This document shows, one piece after another, positions 53,791 to 64,000 of a stretch of DNA of 64,000 nucleotides. The translations under genes were made by a program, and so were the position numbers. Under the pieces are notes generated by a model. The model did not search any database. It was not told the origin of the DNA and saw nothing but the letters and a program-made list of their open reading frames with translations. Origin of the DNA: Octopus sinensis (lineage: Eukaryota); assembly GCF_006345805.1 (NCBI RefSeq), contig NC_043008.1:32798001-32862000 (forward strand), in the 5' to 3' direction. Within the stretch, counting starts at the first letter, position 1, and every line of letters starts with the position of its first letter.

Positions 53791-54127
53791 CTTTCCATCA
53801 CTTGTATTCACGATCGTACTCTTTCGGTCATTATTCAACATTCATTACTCAGTATTTGCCTGACTTTTAATCGACTTGAGAAGATAATCAAAGGGCGAGT
53901 CGGCTATTCCAAAGTCTTACCGATCCTATCATTCATCACTTCTCTTTTATTGTTGCTGCTGTTGTGTGCCTCCTGATCAGCTCTTCTTCAAGAAAGCTGT
54001 AATCATAAACCTAACCGCAGTCACTATGTTATTGTATTTTTGCATTTTTTGTTGGGTACAGTTTATTCGGGATGATATTAAGCAATGAGTACTTCGCTTT
54101 TATGACAAAGACTCCAAGGGCCTAAAT

Positions 54128-54286
54128 CAGTTATGGGCGGTCTGCGGCCCGCAGGACTTTCTGAAAAATAAGCACACCCAACAATAAAAAAAATTAGCTT
54201 GGATTTTTTTCTTAGCAGTGCGGCCCATCTGATACTGAGTCATGTTTCATGCAGCCTGCTTCTTGAAAAAGTTTGCCAATACCTTG
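54128..54286. mobile_element. Possible short hAT MITE
   Basis: cagttatgggcggtctgcggcccgc start, second tgcggccc motif, end aaaaagtttgccaatacc. Confidence 0.35.
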
Positions 54287-54366
54287 CATAAGTGTGGCAC
54301 AAAATGAGAACACTAGTCTTAAGATATCAGGCAATAATATATATATATAATATATGTATATATAAA

Positions 54367-54562
54367 AAAATACAAAATGGGACAAGAACGCAAAACATCC
54401 AGATAGACGATACAAAAAACACGGACAGGTCATTCGAAGCCTCAGCCGAAATTGCGAGGATAATCCGGTTCTTTACTGAAGATTAAAGGCTTCGAATCAC
54501 CCGTCCGTGTTTTTTGTATCGTCTATCTGGATGTTTTACGTTCTTGTCCCATTTTGTATTTT
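54367..54562. repeat. Inverted repeat, ~76-bp arms, ~44-bp spacer, TA-flanked
   Basis: aaaatacaaaatgggacaagaacg...cattcgaagcct / aggcttcgaatc...cgttcttgtcccattttgtatttt, about 3 mismatches. Confidence 0.85.
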
Positions 54563-54569
54563 ATATATA

Positions 54570-54953
54570 CTAGCAGTATCGCCCGGCGTTGCTCAGGTTT
54601 GTAAGGGAAATAACTATAAAGCATTTTTAGAGAGTTATAGCCAAAAAATAGCAAAAAAATGGAAAAAAATTGATGGTAAATTTTTTTTTAGAGTTAAAAA
54701 AGGTGGAGTTGCGTCCCCTAGACGGTCTGTGGTTTGGGTTTCTGATTGTCGACCCCATGTCGAATTTATCGATTTTTTTCAGAACTGGGGGAACTTTTCA
54801 AAATTTTCGCTGCGTTAGTTTTGAATTATGACATTGGGCTATGTGTGTGTCAAGTTTCATCAGAATCGGTTGAAAGCCGTGGTCAGAGTGAGGGTACGAG
54901 AAAACAGACACACAGAAAACGCACAGACAAACTGCCGTTTATATAGAGAGAGA
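54570..54953 (-). mobile_element. Non-autonomous Helitron (different interior, same 3' end)
   Basis: Minus strand A|TCtctctctatataaacggcagtttgtctg ... aaacctgagcaacgccgggcgatactgCTAG|T. Confidence 0.8.
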
Positions 54954-56234
54954 TATAGTGGCGTACGTACACTTTGTTCTCTCAATAATATATGTATGCT
55001 CGTAGTTATTTGTGTGTGTTACATAGGAAGTGTTGGATGTCCTGTGAATTAATATCTAAGTTATTAACACACTGTTCGTATCGATTGTTCATTTATCTTC
55101 TCTGTCTTTCAATAATCGACTCGAATCCGGGACTATTTCGTGTATAATCCCTTTAGAGCATAACTGTAGCAACAGCTTTGTCAGCTTCTCTCTCTCTCTT
55201 CGTCTCTCCCTCCCTCCTCATTTCTCTCCCCCTCTCTCTTCCACCTCTCTCTCTCTCTCTCTCCTGTTCTTCTCTCTGAATGTTCCTATATCTATTTCAT
55301 TATCTCACCCTCTCTATTTCACTTACTTTCCTTCGCTTATTTTCTTTTACTTTTCCTTCTCACTCTCATATTCTATCCATTCTCACATTCACTTTCTCTC
55401 TCCCTCTCTCTTTCCTTTTCTCTCTCTCTCTCTCTCTCTCCCTCTCTTTCACCCTCTCTCACATGACCAATATTTATTGCTCTACAGTGATTAGTTCAGA
55501 TTATAGAATATGACACACACAAACACACACTCAAACACATACACACACACACACACATACACGCTCGCACACATACACACACGTACGTACACACACACAC
55601 AAACACACACACACGCGCACGCTCGCACTCATGCACACATATACATACACACACACACGCACGCACGCACACGCACACACACTTTATAATTCCCTTTGAA
55701 ATAATTTCAGTAAATGAAATTATTTCAACAATCTCTTACGTAAGTTTCCTTCCTTTCTTCCTTACACACTTTCTCTCTTTTGGTCACAACGCTTATATCC
55801 ACCCGGAACATTATAAAGTCTGAGCTGATACGTACAAAGCTGATGGAAGAACATCTAAGAAGATTGCTCGATCTACTAGAGACAGCAGCAAAATCGCTCT
55901 CAAATCAACCTTCTCTCTTATAAAAGGGGTACATATTCGAAAATATATCGCAGATATACTAAACAGATGAGATTGGCACGGCTGGAACGCCTTCGATAAT
56001 CATAGATGAGCTCGGTCGGAGCTGACATGAGGTTAAAAAGCAACCGCACACACACACACACACACACAGGTTCGCGCGCACAAATACACATGCATGTTTA
56101 AAGACTAGAGGTGGAGAAAAGGCAAGAGAGAGAGAGGGTGGGAAGAAAGATGAAATTCGATAGAAAATAAGTAATAATTACAAAATTAAAGTAAAAGCAA
56201 AAACTAAAATGAGCTCTGTAATGCAATAGGTATG

Positions 56235-56644
56235 AAGGCGGCGAGCTGGCAGAAACGTTAGCATGCCGGGCGAAATGCTTAGCGGTATTTCGTCTGTCTT
56301 TACGTTCTGAGTTCAAATTCCGCCGAGGTCAACTTCGCCTTTCATCCTTTCGGGATCGATAATTTAAGTACCAGTTACGCACAGGGGTCGATGTAATCGA
56401 CTTAATCCGTTTGTCTGTCCTTGTTTGTCCTCTCTGTGTTTAGCCCCTTGTGGGTAGTAAAGAAATAGGTATTTCGTCTGCCGTTACATTCTGAGTTCAA
56501 ATTCTGCCGAGGTCGACTTTGCCTTTCATCCTTTCGGGGTCGATTAAATAAGTACCAGTTACTTATAATCGACTCAATCCGTTTGTCTGTCCTTGTTTGT
56601 CCTCTCTGTGTTTAGCCATTTGTGGGTAGTAAAGAGATAGGTAT
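56235..56644 (+). mobile_element. SINE family A dimer
   Basis: Head aaggcggcgagctggcag; domain and tail duplicated. Confidence 0.85.
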
Positions 56645-56891
56645 GAAAGAAGTTATATGCAACGAGAGACATGTTAGCTGTCGAGCCTTACTGACGAATT
56701 TTCTTATCCTAGATGTTAAAGTCATTAGCTGTCAGCAATGCCCATGCTAAAAGTTAAAGACAATGACAGCTTGTGCAACGCCGCTAAGACGCTCATCTAA
56801 AAGTCCGAGTCTTCCAGAAACAAGCAAGTGGAACATCTCTGGTTTTACAATGAAGAATTTCTTATTATTTCGGAATTTTCTTCTCCTAGAG

Positions 56892-57189
56892 TATTGGTTC
56901 TCAACTGGTGTCCATATGGACCCTAAGGGTCCATAAAAGATTTCTGGGGATCCACACAACAAATTAGTAAAATGGGGATCCATAATAGTATCTTAAGAGC
57001 CCCTGAAAAAAGTATATTGGTGCGTATTGTAAGAAACAGCTAGGCTTCTTTCTCGAAAAGCAAAATAGGAATTTTGGAAGAAGTTTCTATAAAACTAATT
57101 TTTAAACATCGAATGGCTATGGGAATTCACCAGAATAAAATAGTTATCAAAGGGATTTATAGATAAAAAAAAATGGTTGAAAACCGCTG
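56892..57189. mobile_element. hAT-type MITE with perfect 8-bp TSD
   Basis: TIRs tattggttctcaac / gttgaaaaccgctg; TCCTAGAG at 56884-56891 and 57190-57197. Confidence 0.85.
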
Positions 57190-59143
57190 TCCTAGAGAGA
57201 TGTATAAACACGAAGTCTTTCACTTCCAGCTGTTGGATGACCGTTGACTCTCCTGACAAGTTTTATTTCTCATCCTGCAGAGTGTCCAATGAAGCCCACC
57301 CTCCTTACCAAGCAGGATTGGTAGGGCTGCTGGATTAAACGCCGACGGCCCGAAAATGCGACAGCTTGTATTGGGTTACCAGTTACACTAACAGTGACCT
57401 GATATAACGTACAAACATACATACATATGTTTATATACAGCTACATGTAACTCATACATAAAACTATTAATTAAACGGTGCACACGAAGGTTTCAGGATC
57501 TTTTTTTTTTTTAATGAAAACAAAACGTGCGGTTAGGGACACAAGTAATTTTATCATTGAATCCATTAGGAACTGAACTATCGAAGATATATTTTCATTC
57601 GATGACAAATTATATTGTCTTTTACTATTATTATTTTTTTTTTTTTTAGACATGTGAAATTTTCATTGGGTTTGCGAAAGCTGCAGTTAAATTGGAGGAA
57701 ACATTTAGGAAATTTATTTTCCTTTAGACAGTTGTAATAGTTATTTTGCGTTTAAATTATTTTAGATATTAAGGGTTTTTTTTCTCACGAACTTACTTTA
57801 CATATTTCGAGTAAACAATAATTTCATCGTAAATATAAACACACGTGTATAGTCATTTTTTGTTGGGGGATTTAAATTTAAATTTAATTACATACTCATG
57901 CAAACTTAATAAGTAACTCAAATATATTAATAGAGGTTTCTGCTACAAACTTTGTATTTTAAAAAACCTTGCAAATAATATTATTAGAAAGCTATCTAAT
58001 AAGTAGAACTTCGTTCAAGCGACTCTCTACTATAATAGAACATTAGAATTTAGTGATTTCAAAGATAAGATTACTTACATACCCTAAGCTTTTGCTATCT
58101 TATACAAAGAGGACATGCCGTATCATTATCTTGCTACACTTCTTTTGGGATTAGTTTCGATTGATATACATTTCCCTATTACCGTTGGATGCAGAATATT
58201 ATTTAGTTAGGAAAGACTTAAACTGGGTTGCGTTTGCGCTTCTAATACAAAGAATCTAATTACTTGGTTATCTCCTAAACTAACTTGGAATAATTGCACA
58301 TGTAGAAATAATGCATACCTCTTAAGTTAATCATTTAATGCTGGAGCGATTAACTGGAAGCGAAAGACACCTCCAATAAACCACACCTTCATGCACTGTG
58401 CAAACATTATATATAAGTAAGACTGAAAGTTAATTTAAACAACGGCACTTCTATCATACTCAGACATAGAGTGAAGAAGAATGTTATAAAACTGGCAAAA
58501 ATATATCTCGCATTTGAAAGAAAATGCCGCTAATTTCAACAATAAGTGGATGGCTCTTGAGAGAATCCGAACAAAAGATGTAATTTATGTACAGCCGAAA
58601 GAATTCCCGAACTTTGAAATCTTCGTAATTCAACTACCAAAGCGCAAGATCTGAATGTATCCTGTGCCACCAGTTTGATAAGTACTTACTGAAAGATGAA
58701 ATTCATTACACCACCAAATTAAATCGACTTTTCACATATGCTATTCACTTTTTCATATAACCAGGTGGGTTCTCCCTCTCTGTTTTGTTATACACGGCTT
58801 TCCATATAGAATGCTTTATTAGTGATTTTACAAAGACTCGCATGTGCATATAATCACACACGTCTCTGTATTCATGTACGTTTTTGTACGTTTTCCTAAC
58901 AAATGAAGTAAAAATCTCATATGTTAATGTTATGATTCACGCCCTGTATTTCAAGCCCTGCACCAAAATCCGAAAATCCCGTACAGTTCCAACATTAAAA
59001 TTTCAACAAATGTGATTGTTCAATTAATTAATTAATTAATTAATTAATTATGAAACAGTTACAATGCATTTTCTGAAGAGTACCGCGCGTGTGCGTGGAT
59101 AAATAGACATAGATATGTGCATATATTGAAATATTTATTAAAC

Positions 59144-59182
<39 letters not shown>

Positions 59183-59958
59183 CATACATACATACATACA
59201 TACACACACATACACAAACACAATGTGGGCCAAAAGTTACGCACCAAAACATTTGATATTTATATTACATTAATACTATTATTCATCATTTTAGAGGAGC
59301 AAGAGCACACACGACAACGAAAAGTGTCGCTGAAGAGGTCGCAGATGTGTGACGAAAGATTTCCAGACAATAGACATGAGTTAAAATAATAAAATAAGAA
59401 CAGTAATAAACGAGTGAAGAAAAAATATATAGTGAGTGTGTTTATTTGGCAAAAGAAAAACAGAATAAAATTACCATCCCGAAATCAATAATATATATAT
59501 ATGTGTGTGTGTGTGTGTAATAAATATGATTTTACTCATTCAAATTCATATCCTATATCTATAAATAATTTTACTTTTCTCTCAATGGGAAACATTTTAA
59601 CCTTTTAGTTCATTTCTAACTGTCGTAATGCATCCCAATCGGTTTATTTCCTTAATCACTCCATTTCTCCCTCTTACTCCTCCCATCCCCCCTCTCTCTC
59701 TCTTTCTCTTTCTCCTTCTCGGTTCAAGTGATAATTATGAACTTGTACTTTATAGCCGGAAGAGTATACATAATCCTGTACTTTAGTGGTATTTAGTCTA
59801 TCGCTCACTGGTCCTTTGAAAGTTCGCAGACGCAGGCGTGGTTGGGTTGTATGGTAAGATGTTTGCTTCCTATCTCTATGGATTCATATTCAGTTCCACT
59901 AAGTGGCACCTTGGACAAGTGTCTTTTACTATAGCTTCGAGCCGACCAAATCCTTGCA

Positions 59959-60056
59959 AATGTGTTTGGTAGACGGATATTGAAAGAAGCCTGCCGTATG
60001 TATATACGTATATACATACGGCAGGCTTCTTTCAATATCCGTCTACCAAACACATT
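59959..60056. repeat. Perfect 98-bp palindrome made from SINE sequence, centred on tatacgtata
   Basis: 49-bp arms aatgtgtttggtagacggatattgaaagaagcctgccgtatgtatatac and its exact reverse complement. Confidence 0.9.
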
Positions 60057-60181
<125 letters not shown>

Positions 60182-60636
60182 TATATATGTTTATGTTTGT
60201 GTTTGCGTTTCTCACCCGGAACCGCTTGGCAGCCTGTGTTGGTTTGTTTACTTCCTTGAAACTTAGTAGTCGGAAGAGACCGATAGGATAAGTACCAACC
60301 ATTAAAAAATAGGCACTCATAGGTCAATGAAATTTTAGTGTAGATGAACAGACTAGTGATTACCTCATGTTATATCCTTGTAATTATTTGATCGTTTATG
60401 CAATGGATAAACTCAAGCATACATGGAAACCAGAAGATGACAGAAATAAACACTGAACAGCTTCTAGTTACTCTACCATTCTATTGATTCCTTGACCAAA
60501 CGCTGATTTTGTGGCCAAACTGTGGTTATCTATTACAAAATAGTATTGGGGTCGATTCATTCGACTAAACATTTTTCAAGTCGGTGCTCCTGCATGGCTT
60601 CAATCTAATAACTGAAACAAGTAAAGGATAAAAGAG

Positions 60637-60763
<127 letters not shown>

Positions 60764-61069
60764 CAGAATTTATTATCTACATAGACATACGCTAAAGTAA
60801 TTTATTTTAGATCCATACTATACTACCTTTCACTGCTACCCCTTCACTCGTCCACTGCTGCCTTTATTATATACTTGAAACATAGTTATGTATAAATTAA
60901 TTTATTCTACTTCACGACTACACACGTAGACATGCAAGTATTTTACAAAGGCAGTTACATCCGGCACACATCAAATTGGTATTATATTGAACAGCATGGG
61001 CACGAAGAGGACTAATTAAACCAGAATTTGACCTGGCTGCACAATTACACAGCATTTTATGACGAAGGT

Positions 61070-62340
61070 CTCTTTGTGCCTTAAAGTTTATGTTTCTGCA
61101 ACATTGGCTTCTCCACTCCGTTAGACTTCTTGCAACATATCCCTAATCGTGTACATTCGTGTTCAGGTATTTTAGGTTTTTCCATTAATTTCCCTTTATA
61201 CCGTAGTAGTGGCTTGCCAATTATCCAATAAATATTTTATATTTACCCAAAATGACTTGCTTTAGAATCTTATCGCTTATTTGTAAAACACAGCCACAAC
61301 ACCTCGATAGAGCACTGATCAGTAAAGTTTTAATATCAAGAATATTACACATTGACAGAATATCACTGCTCTTCACTTTGTCTTCCCATTTGATCTTGCC
61401 TACCCATTTTAGCTGTTCAATTGATTAACATATTTTCAATAAGACCTCTTAGACTCTACCCTGTATAAGAAGAGTGGTTAAACAACTCCGTTTTGTATAT
61501 TTTGGCTTTTGTTTTAACTCGGGCAGCAAGATTATTCCAAAGCTCCTCCATAGATTTTCCCAAAAGTTATGCTTGCTTTTCCTATCCGTGTTTTAATTCC
61601 TTTATCAAACTAAACATCATTTGTCACTGGAGAACCAAGATAATTGAAAACATCGACTATTTTTAAATCTTTAGCTTCAACATACACTTAGGATATAACC
61701 ACTGAATTACTGACAATATGCACCTGAAATAGAGACTCTGTTTTTTAAGCTTATGGTCAAACCAAAAGATATGAGTGCTGCAGCAAATATATTTGACAAT
61801 ATGTAGAATATTTTCAAGTGAATGTGCAAGCTTCGCGCAATCATCTGCAAAGAGCAAGTCCCTGATAATTTGAGAGAAAATCCTTGTTTTTGTATAGAAA
61901 CATTTCTGATTGAAGATATTTCTCAGTGGTGCGATATTCCACGGGGATACTTTCTGAAACGTCAATAAAGGCGTATTCTAACAAAACAGCAAAGAATAAG
62001 GAAAATGGTACAAGTGCCAACACACACCTTGCTTTGTGTCATTGTCACTTTAAATAATTGTGATTGATCTCCATTTAAACGGACAAAGGCTTTCATATCT
62101 TTGTGTAAAGTTATCATAACTTTTAACATTTGTTCAGGTACCACAACCATTGCCAAAATTTTCCATAGGACCACGTGAGATATTATACTGAAGGCTTTTG
62201 TGAGATACACAAAAACTACATGCAAGTCCTTATCTCATTTACAAACCTTTTCCTGCGCTTGTTGCATGTTGAATATCATGCACATTATTCTTCGACCAGA
62301 CCTGAATCCATACTATTTTTCTGAATACACAGTGCTGATT
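61070..62340 (-). mobile_element. Decayed RTE (BovB-like) LINE RT and C-terminal fragment, ~1.3 kb
   Basis: YGFRSGR..MIFNMQQAQEK..LHVVFVYLTKAF..LWKIL..; IIRDLLFADDCA; YLGSPVTND..IKTRIGKASITFG; IKWEDKV; many stops and frameshifts. Confidence 0.85.
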
Positions 62341-63020
62341 AAGCTGATGTTTATTCTATTTTAAATCGCTCGAAAGAATTTCGCATGGAGTTGAAAGGAG
62401 TGACGTACCACGCTGATAATTACATTTACATGTATTGCTTTTGTGCTTGTATAAATTAACTATTGTGCCATTTTTAAATTGTTGAGTGAATAGTTCACGA
62501 GTTCCATATCGGAACCAAGAGTGCAATGAGCTTTTGATTTAGTACTACCATTACATCTACTTTTTAAAATTTCAGCATATATGCATGAGTCATGCATTAT
62601 GAATGTATATGTTTGAGAGTGAGAGAACACACAGACACATATACACATATATAATGTTTAAAAGATAACAATAATAGTAATATAAAAGCAAAGCGTGTGG
62701 TTCATTCCTACGGGAGCCAGAAATGAAAAAAAGCGTGAGCTAGGAGTAGCGGTTTTACACGTGTTACTCTGTAGATTTTGAAGAAAAAAGCTTTAAACGT
62801 TTTCTTTTATCCCTTTCCTATATTTCAAAATACATTCAGACGACAGAGAACATTTTTATTTCCCGTTGTTTTGCTTGCTTTTTGGAGTTTCACTGAGATT
62901 TATTGTTGTTCTTTGCTTTTTGTGTGAGAGAGCTGTATGATTTTTGTTATTTTCTTTTGAGCCACCACATTTCAGTTTAATAAATAAATCTAATAAAGCT
63001 TTTTATTATTCTGTTTTCAG

Positions 63021-63766
63021 TCATGAATGAAGTAATAATGGAGTTCAGACAGAACTATACCTACGGGTATATAGTGGAATACATCCCAGAAAACCACACC
63101 AGATGTTCGAGTTGGATTCTTGTGCCAGGAGAAAACCTTTGGCTTCATACAACACGAGGTGTGATTTATATAATAGCCATGCTGTACATATTTTTAGGAA
63201 TTGCTATTGTCTCCGATTTGTTCATGAGTAGTATTGAAGTAATTACCAGCCAAAAGAAAACAGTCTACAAGTGGGATGAGGAGCGACAGGAGAGAATTGC
63301 AAAAGAAGTAATGGTGTGGAACGAAACTGTCGCCAATCTTACACTTCTAGCTCTTGGAAGCAGTGCTCCAGAGATATTATTGGCCACAATAGAGAATGTT
63401 TTAAGACTTGGGGACCAAAGCGGGGAGAAAAACCTTGGTACTTTTACCATTGTAGGTAGCGCTGCTTTCAATTTGTTAATGATAACCTCCGTTTGTATAT
63501 CCAGTTTACCAAATGACAAAGTAAAGAAAATCAAAACGTTTGGAGTATTTATTACAACGTCTATCTGGTCTCTATGGGCTTATATATGGATGTATATCGT
63601 AACAGCTTTCATCTCTCCCGGAGTTGTAACTATTTGGGAAGCCTGGGTAACATTCCTATACTTCCCTGCCTTCGTACTCCACGCCTACGCACAAGATAAC
63701 GGCTGGTGGATATGTAAACGAAAGAAACAATCACCAACAATCATTACTGAGGATCCTCCATCAGTC
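63021..63766 (+). CDS. NCX: First coding exon of a Na+/Ca2+ exchanger (NCX/SLC8-like): N-terminus, TM1-TM5 including the alpha-1 repeat; ATG at 63023; gene continues beyond the window
   Basis: Translation has hallmark NCX motifs: LYIFLGIAIVSDLFMSSIEVITS, VWNETVANLTLLALGSSAPEILLA (alpha-1), TIVGSAAFN, ISPGVVTIWEAWVTFLYFP. Acceptor ttttattattctgttttcag ends at 63020; donor GTC|gtaagt after 63766 (248 codons from ATG, phase 0). The ORF-track tail after PPSV is intron read-through. Family recognised, paralog not. Confidence 0.95.
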
Positions 63767-64000
63767 GTAAGTATTGTTATTTTTACTCACCGTCACTCAC
63801 TGTCATTTCTTTTAATCCGTTCAAATTTGAACGCATTTAAATGTCCATATATATATACACACATTGTGTGAAGCTCTTTAATTAACCAGCAGCCAAATCG
63901 TATCGCTTAAATGAGGAAAAGACACATTAGAATGTATTAGATTGTTTCACATGAAATGTCACATTTTTAATTACTTGTTATTTCAGTCATTTAAAAGCTC

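Noticed and set aside
58480-58650. ~55-codon open stretch (HLKENAANFNNKWMAL..)
   Set aside because: Short, no clear splice sites or family match.
63265-63534. 89-aa minus-strand ORF
   Set aside because: Antisense shadow of the NCX exon.
63767-63871. C-terminal 34 aa of the 282-aa ORF
   Set aside because: Follows a gtaagt donor and does not resemble NCX; intron read-through.

Overview
AT-rich, microsatellite-dense metazoan genomic DNA. The SINE families and the (TA)n/(CA)n/(ACAT)n/(AAT)n load suggest an octopod cephalopod (inference). The only host coding sequence I can support is the first coding exon of a Na+/Ca2+ exchanger (NCX/SLC8-like) at 63021-63766 (+); the preceding ~63 kb is upstream or 5'-UTR intron sequence. 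It holds three tRNA-derived SINE families, decayed RTE-clade LINE pieces, Tc1/mariner (DD37D and mariner) and hAT relics and MITEs, and two non-autonomous Helitrons. Nearly all ORF-track entries are microsatellite read-through. Main discovery: a set of hammerhead-ribozyme (HHR)-bearing small elements, mostly in or beside (TA)n tracts. The best case is a 2.4-copy tandem array of a ~505-bp unit (40874-42102) with two complete type I HHR motifs on the minus strand, resembling a retrozyme or Penelope-like pseudo-LTR array that could yield ~500-nt linear or circular RNAs. About eight further intact-to-degenerate HHR-like motifs occur, several inside long fold-back palindromes. No rRNA, bona fide tRNA or CRISPR seen. 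Repeat boundaries are read by eye (about +/-10 nt unless termini are quoted).
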